A DNA stretch of 64,000 nt from a bacterium (GTDB lineage: Bacteria > DRYD01), in contig JAUQQQ010000002.1 of NCBI GenBank assembly GCA_030549815.1, positions 111,232-175,231 of the forward strand, in the 5' to 3' direction. The notes under the pieces are model-generated. The model searched no databases and was not told the origin of the DNA. It saw only the letters and a program-made list of their open reading frames with translations. The position numbers and the translations under genes are program-made. Below, piece after piece: positions 9,544 to 19,389 of this stretch (the stretch's first letter is position 1; every line of letters begins with the position of its first letter).

Positions 9544-10569
9544 TTATTTAATATTATTGAATTTTACGCTTAATGCATTTGGATACCAATCCCACATAAG
9601 ATAAATCTTGCCATTTCTTTCAAAACTGCCAATCATATTTGGTGTGTATGAAGTATAAATCTTAGTTATACCTAATTCTTTTATATTTCTAATTTCATTC
9701 CTTTGTATTTTACCATCATTGTTAATGTCCTGATATACGTATAGATTATCCAATTCATTACCACTAATAAATTTATCTCCATTTAAATCCATTTCTTTTA
9801 GTTTTTCAAAACCATTGACATATCCATTAGATTGCCCAAATAATTCTTGCCCATTCAAGAATCCTCTTTGAACTATTTTATCAGGATTATCTGTAACTAA
9901 CAATAATCCATCATTTGGCCCTAACTTTTCAACTAAATCCAAAACTCCATCTCCATCTATATCCATAACTTGCCATGTTCTTTTCTGAATTTCTTCCTTA
10001 GTTGTTATTGGATAATTTATATGTTTTCCTGTAAATGTATCTATTTTCCTGTTTCCGTCCATATCTAATACAAGAGGAGATATGTCGTGAGTAGCCCATA
10101 CATGAACTTTTATTTCACCGGTTATATTACCTTGAATATTGATTTGCACATCACCTTCATCTGCTGCAGTAGCAGAGTAAGACCCAAACGCATCTTTAGA
10201 AGCATTGACATAACCTACACTTTCTCTTCCCGGAAAATAGAAATTATCTATGGAAGGTTGAGAGTAGGTAAGAAAGAAATTAGCATCAGCATATCCTATT
10301 GCTGCTAATATCTCTGCATTGGAATAATAAGTATTGTTAGCAATATCTTTTGCAGTATTTATCATTCCTTGTTTAAACTCTTCAGACCAGGTATTGGTTC
10401 CATCAAAATGATCATAGTAGTAACTTATATACTTTTGTTGTAAAACAATGTCTTTTTGAACAGTTTGAGTAAATGTTTGATCTTCTTGTATATTTCCTTT
10501 CTTTATACCTGCCATTGCAATAGTAATAAGGATAACAGCAATTAACATTAAATATAAAGCTTTCCTCAT
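9544..10569 (-). CDS. secreted protein with four EF-hand/dockerin-like Ca-binding loops
   Basis: Signal peptide MRKALYLMLIAVILITIAMA, with GGAGGTGA 9 nt before the ATG at 10569. Loops DIDGDGVLD, DMDGNRKID, DLNGDKFISGNELD and DINNDGKIQRNE fit the DxDxDG pattern. Confidence 0.45.
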   Translation of the reverse strand: MRKALYLMLIAVILITIAMAGIKKGNIQEDQTFTQTVQKDIVLQQKYISYYYDHFDGTNTWSEEFKQGMINTAKDIANNTYYSNAEILAAIGYADANFFLTYSQPSIDNFYFPGRESVGYVNASKDAFGSYSATAADEGDVQINIQGNITGEIKVHVWATHDISPLVLDMDGNRKIDTFTGKHINYPITTKEEIQKRTWQVMDIDGDGVLDLVEKLGPNDGLLLVTDNPDKIVQRGFLNGQELFGQSNGYVNGFEKLKEMDLNGDKFISGNELDNLYVYQDINNDGKIQRNEIRNIKELGITKIYTSYTPNMIGSFERNGKIYLMWDWYPNALSVKFNNIK

Positions 10570-10676
10570 TATCATTCACCTCCTTTTACATTTATATTTA
10601 TAATCAAAAATTTCTAAAAAATGTTAACAAAATGTTACAAAAATTAAGAAAAATTAAGAAAAAACCACTTCAAAAA

Positions 10677-11237
10677 TTACTGATTTTGATTACTAATCTT
10701 TTTATAATTTTCGTAAAACTCGAGGACTTTCTTAACATAATTTTGAGTTTCTTTGAAAGGAGGAATTCCTTTATGTTTTCTAACATTTCCTGGTCCTGCA
10801 TTATAAGCTGCAAGGGCAAGTCCAAGATCACCGAATTGGTTAATTAATTGTCTTAAGTATTTTGTTCCTCCCATGATATTTTGTTTTGGGTCAAATGAAT
10901 TCTTTACACCAACGGCTTTTGCTGTGTTACTCGTTAACTGCATCAAACCTTTAGCTCCTACTTTTGAAACTGATCTTGGATTAAAATTACTCTCTTTTTT
11001 TATAATTGCTTTTATTAAATTAGGATCTACATTATACTTTTTAGAAGCTTCACAAATTATATCATCAAATTTATCTTCAACACCACCAGCTTTTGCTATA
11101 CTACAAGCCAACTTTTCCTGAATTTCTAATTTTTTCCTATTATTATCAAAACCCTTATGTGTTTCAATTTGATTATTTACAATTACCCGCCTTTCAAAAT
11201 TAATTCTATTCCTTTCAATGTTTGAATTTATATTCAT
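10677..11237 (-). CDS. lytic transglycosylase (SLT domain)
   Basis: KESNFNP, GAKGLMQL and AYNAGPGNV are the classic SLT catalytic motifs. Confidence 0.75.
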   Translation of the reverse strand: MNINSNIERNRINFERRVIVNNQIETHKGFDNNRKKLEIQEKLACSIAKAGGVEDKFDDIICEASKKYNVDPNLIKAIIKKESNFNPRSVSKVGAKGLMQLTSNTAKAVGVKNSFDPKQNIMGGTKYLRQLINQFGDLGLALAAYNAGPGNVRKHKGIPPFKETQNYVKKVLEFYENYKKISNQNQ

Positions 11238-11324
11238 AACTTATTCCCCTCCATTATAATAAATTTACCGATGAATAAAAAATTAAATATTTTTTAAGAT
11301 AAATTTAACAAAAAATTTACAAAC

Positions 11325-12098
11325 CTATTTTCCAAGGAAAAAGAAAGCATAAACAAATCCCAAAATTATTCTGTAAACACCAAAAACAAAAAACGAATTT
11401 TTTGACAGAAAATTTAATAAATACCTAACAACTATTAAAGCAGAAATAAAAGAAGATAAAAAGCCAATAACTAACAAATGAATATCATGAAAAGTCAAAA
11501 TATGAAAAGATTTATAAATATCATAGGTTGATGCCATTAACATAGTAGGCACAGCAAGAATGAACGAAAATTCAGCAGCAGATTTCCTGCTTAATCCCAT
11601 CAGCATTCCACCAATTATTGTAGCCCCCGACCTCGAAACACCAGGTATCATCGCTATGCTCTGAAAAACACCTATTGCAAATGCTCTCCTTAAATCTAAA
11701 GAAGTAATATCATTAATTTTAGCAAATCTTCCAGCATAATTATCCGCAAATATCAATAATAAACCACCAATGATCAAAGATATAACAACAACCAAATCAT
11801 TACCTATTAAATAAGACTTTATCAATTTATACAATAAAAACCCTAAAATTCCAGTAGGAATAAAAGCAATTAATATCCTTTTCCAAACTTGAAAATCCCT
11901 TAGAAATCTTTCAAAATAAACAAAAATAACGGCAAATATTGCTCCCAATTGTATTACTATAGTAAATGTTTTGACAAAATCAGTTTGTTGTATTTTCATT
12001 ATATGAGTAGCCAATGTTAAATGCCCTGTGGATGATATCGGTAAAAACTCTGTTATTCCCTCTATTATTCCTAAAATTATCGCTTGCAAAATACTCAT
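11325..12098 (-). CDS. uppP: undecaprenyl-diphosphatase UppP/BacA
   Basis: N-terminus MSILQAIILGIIEGITEFLPISSTGHL and GVSRSGATI. 257 aa and polytopic. Confidence 0.9.
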   Translation of the reverse strand: MSILQAIILGIIEGITEFLPISSTGHLTLATHIMKIQQTDFVKTFTIVIQLGAIFAVIFVYFERFLRDFQVWKRILIAFIPTGILGFLLYKLIKSYLIGNDLVVVISLIIGGLLLIFADNYAGRFAKINDITSLDLRRAFAIGVFQSIAMIPGVSRSGATIIGGMLMGLSRKSAAEFSFILAVPTMLMASTYDIYKSFHILTFHDIHLLVIGFLSSFISALIVVRYLLNFLSKNSFFVFGVYRIILGFVYAFFFLGK

Positions 12099-12214
12099 TA
12101 ATTTTTTATTCTACAATTCTCTAAAAAATCTTTTATAAAAGGAAATAATAAAAATTTGAAGAAATATCTATTGAGAAATTAAAAATATGTAAGTAAAAGA
12201 AATATTCTCTTATT

Positions 12215-12433
12215 ATGTGTTTAGGTGTTCCATTAAAAATTGTCCAAAAGATAGATGAAAATAACGCATTAGTTGATATTGGGGGAAGCAAAATGGAAGT
12301 ATGTATCGCTTTAACTCCAGAAGCAAAGGAAGGAGATTTTATAATTGTTCATGCGGGATTTTCAATTTCTATCCTTTCAGAAGAAGAAGCAAATTATATT
12401 ATCAATTTAACACAAACCTCAAATTACAATTAA
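12215..12433 (+). CDS. hypC: [NiFe]-hydrogenase maturation factor HypC
   Basis: N-terminal MCLGVP with the essential Cys2. 72 aa. Confidence 0.85.
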   Translation: MCLGVPLKIVQKIDENNALVDIGGSKMEVCIALTPEAKEGDFIIVHAGFSISILSEEEANYIINLTQTSNYN

Positions 12434-12458
12434 GCCCAAAAGAAAGGAGTAAAAAAGA

Positions 12459-14633
12459 ATGAGTATAACAAAAAAAAGATGGATAACTGATTGGTGGCCA
12501 AATAGATTGAACCTTAAGATACTAAGACAAAACTGTCCAACATCAAATCCCTATGGAGTAGATTACAACTATATTGAAGAAGTCCAAACACTCGATATAG
12601 ACGAAGTTATAAAAGATTTAAAAGACTTAATGAAAAAATCTCAGAAGTGGTGGCCAGCAGACTTTGGACACTATGGACCTTTATTTATAAGATTAGCATG
12701 GCATAGTGCAGGAAGTTATAGAATATTCGATGGTAGAGGCGGAGCAAGAGACGGAAGCATAAGATTCCCCCCAAGAATTAACTGGCCTGATAATATTTCT
12801 TTAGACAAAGCAATAAAGCTATTATGGCCAATAAAAAAGAAATACGGAAAGAAACTTTCATGGGCAGATTTAATAATATTATCAGGAACCATCGCTTTCG
12901 AAGATATGGGAATGAAAATATTAGGATTTTCATTAGGAAGAGAAGATATTTTTGAACCTGATGAAAGCGTATATTGGGGACCAGAAGAAGAAATGCTCTC
13001 CTCAAAAAGAGGAAAAGAAGAAAATGTTGAAAGACCATTAGCAGCAACAGAAATGGGATTAATTTATGTTAATCCCGAAGGACCAGGTGGTAATCCAGAC
13101 CCATTACAATCTGCAAAGGAAATTAGGGAAATTTTTGCACGAATGGGAATGAACGATGAGGATACAGTGGCTTTGGTTGCTGGAGGACATTCATTTGGTA
13201 AATGCCATGGTGCCGCTTCAGACAAATATCTTGGAAAAGATCCATCATCCTCACCTGTAGAAATGCAAGGATTAGGCTGGAAATTTGAATATGGAACCGG
13301 TAAAGGACCTGATACATTTACATCCGGATTTGAACTGACCTGGAGCCCTACACCTACCAAATTTGGTATATACTATTTGAAGCTACTATTTGAATACGAA
13401 TGGGAATTAATGAAAAGTCCCGCTGGTAAATATCAGTGGGTAGCTAAAGATGCACCAGAAATAATACCTGATGCACATGATCCAAATAAAAAACATAAAC
13501 CAATGATGTTAACAGCAGATTTAGCCTTTAGATACGATCCCCAATACGCCCAAATATGTAAAAAATTTATCGAAAACCCTGACGAATTTGAAAAAGCTGT
13601 AGCCAGAGCATGGTTCAAACTAACACACAGAGATATGGGACCTAAAACATGTTATATTGGTAAATATGTTCCCCAACAATCTTTCATATGGCAAGATATA
13701 ATGCCAGAAAGAAATTACGAGGTTGTTGATAAAGAAGACATAAGAAAACTAAAAGAAGAGCTTATAAATTCTGGATTGTCAATAAGAGAAATGGTATATT
13801 ATGCCTACGTTTCTGCATCAAGTTACAGAAATTCAGATAGAAGAGGTGGAGCAAACGGAGGAAGAATAAGATTGCATCCATTCAATAAATGGAAGATTAA
13901 CATGCCACAAATACTACCAAAAGTAATCAAGGTATATGAAGAAATTACAAATAAATTCAATAATGAACAAAACAATAAGGGAAGTAAAAAAAGAATATCT
14001 ATAGCAGATTTAATAATATTAGGAGGATGCGTCGGAATAGAACAAGCAGCTAAAAAAGCAGGATTTAATATTGAAGTGCCATTTACTCCAGGCAGAGTTG
14101 ATACTACACAGGAACTTATAGAAGTTGAATTTTATGAAAAAATAGAACCTTTTGCAGACGGATTTATTAACTTCTTTGATAAAGATTTCGACGAAAACAA
14201 TATTTATTCAACACCTGAATACTACTTAGTAGATAAAGCTCATTTACTCACTCTAACAGTTCCAGAAATGTGTGTCCTTTTAGCAGGCTTAAGAACAATT
14301 GGAGCTACTTACAATTTTGAAAATTACGGAGTATTAACGGATAATCCTGAATCTTTATCAAATGACTTCTTCGTAAATATCCTTGATATGAATTACGAAT
14401 GGGAAAGAATTGATAAAAAAGGATATCTATTTAAATGCAAAAATAAAGAATGGACAGCAACAAGAGTTGACCTAATTTTTTCTCATCACGATGAATTGAA
14501 AGCAGTAGCGGAAGTTTATGCATCTGATGATTCAAAAGAAAAATTCATAAATGACTTTGTAAAAGTATGGCATAAATTAATGAATCTCGATAGATTCGAT
14601 TTAATCTTCAAAAAAGAACCATTGAAAGTTTAA
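12459..14633 (+). CDS. katG: catalase-peroxidase KatG
   Basis: WWPNRLNLKIL, RLAWHSAGSYR and a two-lobed 724 aa architecture. The RBS AAGGAG precedes the start. Confidence 0.95.
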   Translation: MSITKKRWITDWWPNRLNLKILRQNCPTSNPYGVDYNYIEEVQTLDIDEVIKDLKDLMKKSQKWWPADFGHYGPLFIRLAWHSAGSYRIFDGRGGARDGSIRFPPRINWPDNISLDKAIKLLWPIKKKYGKKLSWADLIILSGTIAFEDMGMKILGFSLGREDIFEPDESVYWGPEEEMLSSKRGKEENVERPLAATEMGLIYVNPEGPGGNPDPLQSAKEIREIFARMGMNDEDTVALVAGGHSFGKCHGAASDKYLGKDPSSSPVEMQGLGWKFEYGTGKGPDTFTSGFELTWSPTPTKFGIYYLKLLFEYEWELMKSPAGKYQWVAKDAPEIIPDAHDPNKKHKPMMLTADLAFRYDPQYAQICKKFIENPDEFEKAVARAWFKLTHRDMGPKTCYIGKYVPQQSFIWQDIMPERNYEVVDKEDIRKLKEELINSGLSIREMVYYAYVSASSYRNSDRRGGANGGRIRLHPFNKWKINMPQILPKVIKVYEEITNKFNNEQNNKGSKKRISIADLIILGGCVGIEQAAKKAGFNIEVPFTPGRVDTTQELIEVEFYEKIEPFADGFINFFDKDFDENNIYSTPEYYLVDKAHLLTLTVPEMCVLLAGLRTIGATYNFENYGVLTDNPESLSNDFFVNILDMNYEWERIDKKGYLFKCKNKEWTATRVDLIFSHHDELKAVAEVYASDDSKEKFINDFVKVWHKLMNLDRFDLIFKKEPLKV

Positions 14634-14639
14634 CAAAAT

Positions 14640-15743
14640 ATGACAAATCTACAAAGTATCATAAAAATTACAAAAATAGGCAAAGATGAAGTAAACTTCC
14701 TAATTAACGAAATAAGAAAGTTAGCTTCAGACCGTGAATACTGCATAATGGAATTTTGTGGGACTCATACACATGAGATCTCAAGGTATGGTATTAGAAG
14801 TATCCTTCCAAAAACATTAGACCTTAAATCAGGCCCAGGGTGTCCAGTATGTGTAACTGCACAAGAAGATATCGACCATATAACAAGTATAGCAGAAAAA
14901 TACGACTTAGGAATAATCACATTTGGAGATATAATTAATGTTCCTGGTAGTAAAGGTAGCTTAAGCTACCTTAGAGCAAAGGGTAAAGAAGTAAAAGTAG
15001 TATATAATCCATTAGAATCTATCAAAATAGCTCAACAAAATCCAACTAAAAATTATGTTTTAATTGGAATAGGTTTTGAAACAACTGTCCCTGGATTGGC
15101 ATTCACTATAAAGAAAATTATTCAAAACAATATAAAAAATCTTTTTTATTTTTCTTTACATAAATTAACTCCTCCTGCAATGAAAGCACTCCTCGATCAA
15201 GGGGAAATTAAATTAGATGGTATAATCGGACCAGGACATGTATCCACTGTAATAGGAATAAAAAAATGGCAAGAGTTTATAGGAAAATATAACATACCAT
15301 TCGTTATAATGGGATTCGAACCAGAAGACATAATATACGGCATATACATCCTCTTGAAAAAAATAAAAAATAAAGAATATGGAGTTTTCAACACTTATTT
15401 TAGGAGTGTAAGTTTTGAAGGTAATATCTTGGCACAAAAAATCGTAGATGAAGTATTTGAAATATCAGATGCAAATTGGAGAGGATTTGGAATACTACCC
15501 AACAGCGGGTTAGAACTAAAAAAGGAATACCAACATATAGATGCAAAAAAAATATTCAAACTTGATGAACCTATAAAAGTAAAAAAAACTGGCTGTAGAT
15601 GCGGGGAAGTTTTAAGAGGAGTTATAAAACCATTTGAATGTCCTCTATTTAAAGTTGCTTGTAGTCCATCAAATCCAAAAGGTCCCTGCATGGTATCATC
15701 CGAAGGAACATGCTCAGCATATTATTTGTACGAGATAGAATAA
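14640..15743 (+). CDS. hypD: [NiFe]-hydrogenase maturation factor HypD
   Basis: FCGTHTHE, GPGCPVCV and FETT motifs. 367 aa. Confidence 0.9.
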   Translation: MTNLQSIIKITKIGKDEVNFLINEIRKLASDREYCIMEFCGTHTHEISRYGIRSILPKTLDLKSGPGCPVCVTAQEDIDHITSIAEKYDLGIITFGDIINVPGSKGSLSYLRAKGKEVKVVYNPLESIKIAQQNPTKNYVLIGIGFETTVPGLAFTIKKIIQNNIKNLFYFSLHKLTPPAMKALLDQGEIKLDGIIGPGHVSTVIGIKKWQEFIGKYNIPFVIMGFEPEDIIYGIYILLKKIKNKEYGVFNTYFRSVSFEGNILAQKIVDEVFEISDANWRGFGILPNSGLELKKEYQHIDAKKIFKLDEPIKVKKTGCRCGEVLRGVIKPFECPLFKVACSPSNPKGPCMVSSEGTCSAYYLYEIE

Positions 15744-15759
15744 AATTATCATATAACAC

Positions 15760-17088
15760 TTATTTTTCTACATAAAACCTTTTTCTTATTTTCTCTAATA
15801 CTTCATAATGATTAACAATAGGTTGATAATATGGTATTTTATGTTTTATAGGGTTATGTAATTTTTCGGGTTCTATTTTGGATAATTCTGGTAAATATTT
15901 TTTTATATATAAAGCATTGGGATCAAATTTTTGAGATTGCAGGATAGGGTTGAAAATTCTTAATGGTCGAGGATCAGGACCAACACTTGCAACCCATTGC
16001 CAATTACCAATGTTTACAATTTCGTCATAATCAAGTAAATGTTTGGAAAAAAATTTTTCTCCTATCATCCAACTCGAAAGTAAATGTTTAGTAAAAAAAG
16101 AACCAACAATTAGTCTTGCTCTGTTGTGCATCCATTTTTCCGTTTTTAACTGTATTATCGCTGCATCAACTATAGGATACCCTGTTTTTGCTTCAAAAAA
16201 TGCTTCTATGAGTTTTTCATTATTCTCCCACTCTATATTTCTCCTCTTTTCCTGAAATTCAAGATCAACAAAATCATTAAAGTAATGATATATGTGATAC
16301 CAGAATTCTCTCCAAGCTAATTCTTTAACAAAACTCTCACTCTTATTTTTTGAAAGCTGGTATATTTTTCTAATAGAAAATACTCCAAACCTTATATAAG
16401 GAGACAATTTAGAAGATCCATCTTCTGCTAAACTATTTCTTAAAATATCGTATTTGGAAAAATCATAATTTTTTATCCTATCTAAACCAAATTCATAATC
16501 CCAATATAAACCAAAATTTTTAATCTTCTCTTGTATAAAAGAGATAACTTTTTGTGTTTCTATTTCTAAAAAATCATCGAACAATGTTTTAACATTATAG
16601 TTAGGATCACTAATCATCTTTTCATCAACTTTACTCTTCCATTCGTTATAGAAATGCGTGAATATTTTTTTGAAGGGGATTTTTGCATAATCAACCAGAA
16701 CATTATCAAGAATTTGAATTAATTCAATACCTTTTAAGCTGAGGAATTTTTCAATTTTTCTTACTCTATTAATTCCTGCCTTAGTAAGAGGTTTAGATGT
16801 AAAAACCTTCGAAATTTCAAATTTTTCAATTAGCTTTTCAAATACTTTTTCATCTTCTTCAAAAAAAACATAAAGTTTTATCTTCCTTCTTAATTCTTCA
16901 ACTATATTTAAGATAAATTTTAGTCGAGGGTCAAAAAGAAGATTAGAAAAGCTTTGTAAGATAGATGGATTGAAAATAAATATTGGTATAAATTTCTCAG
17001 AATTATTAAAGCAAGCAAAAAGAGCTCTATTATCTTCTATTCTCAAATCTCTCTTAAACCAAAAAACATTTACTTTTTGTTTACTCAT
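15760..17088 (-). CDS. phr: deoxyribodipyrimidine photolyase / cryptochrome-family FAD protein
   Basis: WFKRDLRIEDNRAL N-terminus, WREFW, and TGYPIVDAAIIQLKTEKWMHNRARLIVGSFFTKHL (FAD-binding region). Confidence 0.8.
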   Translation of the reverse strand: MSKQKVNVFWFKRDLRIEDNRALFACFNNSEKFIPIFIFNPSILQSFSNLLFDPRLKFILNIVEELRRKIKLYVFFEEDEKVFEKLIEKFEISKVFTSKPLTKAGINRVRKIEKFLSLKGIELIQILDNVLVDYAKIPFKKIFTHFYNEWKSKVDEKMISDPNYNVKTLFDDFLEIETQKVISFIQEKIKNFGLYWDYEFGLDRIKNYDFSKYDILRNSLAEDGSSKLSPYIRFGVFSIRKIYQLSKNKSESFVKELAWREFWYHIYHYFNDFVDLEFQEKRRNIEWENNEKLIEAFFEAKTGYPIVDAAIIQLKTEKWMHNRARLIVGSFFTKHLLSSWMIGEKFFSKHLLDYDEIVNIGNWQWVASVGPDPRPLRIFNPILQSQKFDPNALYIKKYLPELSKIEPEKLHNPIKHKIPYYQPIVNHYEVLEKIRKRFYVEK

Positions 17089-18517
17089 CTACTACTCTTA
17101 TTTTTCTTTCTTTCAAATTGTATATTCCTGTTATTTTGGTTCCATATTCTATTTCACATAGGATATAATCAGCAATTTGCTTAGTTATTCTTTCACCCGG
17201 TATAATGATAGGTATTCCAGGGGGATAGGTAGTAATCAATTCCGTAGATATTTTTCCGACGCTATCCTTTATACTTATTTCCCTTGATTTAGCAGTATAT
17301 GCTTCTCTTGGTGAGATGACTAATTCAGGCCAATCAGGATACTCCGTTAATTTCCTTAATACACTATTGGGCTTAATATCACCATTCTTAACTTTTTTTA
17401 TTATGTCTTTAATTGCTTTTACAAATCTTTTTAAATCTCTTTTTCTGTCTCCCACAGTAACAAGAATGAGGATGTTAAACAAATCTGAAAGTTCTACTTG
17501 TATATTATAGGAATTTAGTAAAATTTTCTCCACTTCATAACCTGATAACCCATACTTTGATAAATTAACAACAACTTTTGTTATGTCATGATTATCCAAT
17601 AATATTTCTGTATCTACTTTTTCTAGCTCTTTTCTTACAAAGATAGAATTATCAAAAACTCTTTCAAAAATTTCTTTTTTGTTGTTTAGTATATATTGTG
17701 TGTAATCGAGAGAAATGAAGAAGAACGGAGAAGGGCTTGTCGAATTCAACATCAAAACTGTCTGATGTATTTTGGGAATCAAATCAGGAAATTTTTCTAC
17801 TAAAGTATTGTTTAAATGTAAAACAGAAGCTTGAGTAAACGCAAATAATGTTTTATGAGGACTCATTATAATAATGTGAGATTTAGTAGAGGTAGAGCAA
17901 AGAGGAAATTGAGGGTGGAACTTAAAGTGGGATCCCCATGCTTGATCAACGATCAAAAGAATACCCCTTTGATCCAAATAATCCGCTATTTTTTCTATAT
18001 TATTTACCAAACCATAATAAGTTGGATACCCTATTACAACAGCCGAAATATCCTCTTTTTCAACTAAAGCTTTTACTTCCTCAAATTCGACGTTATAATC
18101 GACATTAAATTTATAATCATACTTTGGGTAAACAAATAGAGGTGTAGAACCCGATAAGATTACTGCAGAAAAAACAGATTTATGTGAATTCCTTGGAATT
18201 AAAATTTTTTTTCCTTCCGAAATAGAACTTATTATGGCAATATGATTAGAAATAGTAGATCCCCCAACGATATAATAAGTTTTATTAACGCCATAAGCTT
18301 TAGCCATCAACTCTTGTGAATTTTTCAAAGATTTTTGAGGATTCTGAAAAGTATCAATTAAGCCTATCTCATTAGTATCAAGTATAAACAAATTTTTTTT
18401 CAAAAAATCTTTAAAATTTTTATCAAAAGCTTTCCCAGCTTTGTGCCCAGGACATTGAAACGGCAAAACTCTCCTACCCACATATTCCATTAAACTATTG
18501 ATATATGGTGTATTCAT
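17081..18517 (-). CDS. Orn/Lys/Arg decarboxylase-family PLP enzyme (arginine decarboxylase-like)
   Basis: PLP-lysine motif SPHKTL. 478 aa. Overlaps the photolyase gene by 8 nt. Confidence 0.75.
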   Translation of the reverse strand: MNTPYINSLMEYVGRRVLPFQCPGHKAGKAFDKNFKDFLKKNLFILDTNEIGLIDTFQNPQKSLKNSQELMAKAYGVNKTYYIVGGSTISNHIAIISSISEGKKILIPRNSHKSVFSAVILSGSTPLFVYPKYDYKFNVDYNVEFEEVKALVEKEDISAVVIGYPTYYGLVNNIEKIADYLDQRGILLIVDQAWGSHFKFHPQFPLCSTSTKSHIIIMSPHKTLFAFTQASVLHLNNTLVEKFPDLIPKIHQTVLMLNSTSPSPFFFISLDYTQYILNNKKEIFERVFDNSIFVRKELEKVDTEILLDNHDITKVVVNLSKYGLSGYEVEKILLNSYNIQVELSDLFNILILVTVGDRKRDLKRFVKAIKDIIKKVKNGDIKPNSVLRKLTEYPDWPELVISPREAYTAKSREISIKDSVGKISTELITTYPPGIPIIIPGERITKQIADYILCEIEYGTKITGIYNLKERKIRVVDE

Positions 18518-19305
18518 AATTTCTTTCTATACTCAACTGAATACAGAACTAACGGCTCAGGTGGTGCTAAAAACTTACCTTTTGAAGGACACGGTTGAGC
18601 AAAAGTATCCTCTATATAATTCAAATCTACTTTATCTTCAAGAAAAGCTAAAAACATACCAACAATCTTTCTAATCATATTTCTTAAAAAATATGGAGCA
18701 GTAAAAGTTAAAGTTAATACAAAAAATTCAGGAAAATCGTAAATATCAAAAGAAGTAGTAAGATCGATGACAGTATTTTTACGAACATCTTTATCAGGTT
18801 TATAATAGCTTGAATAGTCCTTTTTACCATTAAATAAATCAATAAATTTATCTAATCTTTCAAAAAGAAAATCTTTATTAATTTTTTTTAGTATTAAAAC
18901 ATTAACAAGGTTGTATTTTTTTATAATTTCTTCATCTTCAACAAAAGCAATTTTATAGACATAATTTTTTTGTATAGCATCAAATCTGGCACTAAATGTA
19001 TTATCAACTTTGAAAAAATCTATAATAAAAATATCATTAGGTAGATTTTTATTTAAAATAGAAATAAAAGAATTGTGATCATTTATTTTTTTTTCGATAA
19101 AAAAGTTGAAGTACTGTGTCAGAGCACTTACTCCTCTATCTGTCCTACCAGTATACGAAGATTTCAATACTTTTGTTTCTAATACTTTTTCCATTGTTTT
19201 TATTACTACCTCTTGTATTGTATTTTTGTCTTCCCTTTGTATTTGCCAACCACTATAATTTATACCACTATAACTTAGTACAATAGTGTAGTTATAAAGA
19301 TGAAT
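18514..19305 (-). CDS. truA: tRNA pseudouridine(38-40) synthase TruA, with probable non-canonical (ATT) start
   Basis: GRTDRGVSA (catalytic Asp). The conserved N-terminal block YSGINYSGWQIQ..TIQE..IKTMEKVL lies in frame upstream of the first ATG at 19194. A strong SD, AAGGAGGGG, sits 8 nt before the ATT at 19305. Confidence 0.65.
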   Translation of the reverse strand: MHLYNYTIVLSYSGINYSGWQIQREDKNTIQEVVIKTMEKVLETKVLKSSYTGRTDRGVSALTQYFNFFIEKKINDHNSFISILNKNLPNDIFIIDFFKVDNTFSARFDAIQKNYVYKIAFVEDEEIIKKYNLVNVLILKKINKDFLFERLDKFIDLFNGKKDYSSYYKPDKDVRKNTVIDLTTSFDIYDFPEFFVLTLTFTAPYFLRNMIRKIVGMFLAFLEDKVDLNYIEDTFAQPCPSKGKFLAPPEPLVLYSVEYRKKL

Positions 19306-19389
19306 AGAGGTCCCCTCCTTCTGTAGATGTAAAAACTACTCCTACACAGAGAGGGATTTCCTCCATAGATAGCTTTATTTTTTAACTTT

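Noticed and set aside
13064-13360. Antisense ORFs inside katG, and similar antisense ORFs inside most large genes (e.g. 1021-1314, 15395-15691, 41162-41617, 46793-47038)
   Set aside because: Each is fully embedded opposite a strongly conserved coding frame. AT-rich genomes generate long spurious antisense ORFs.
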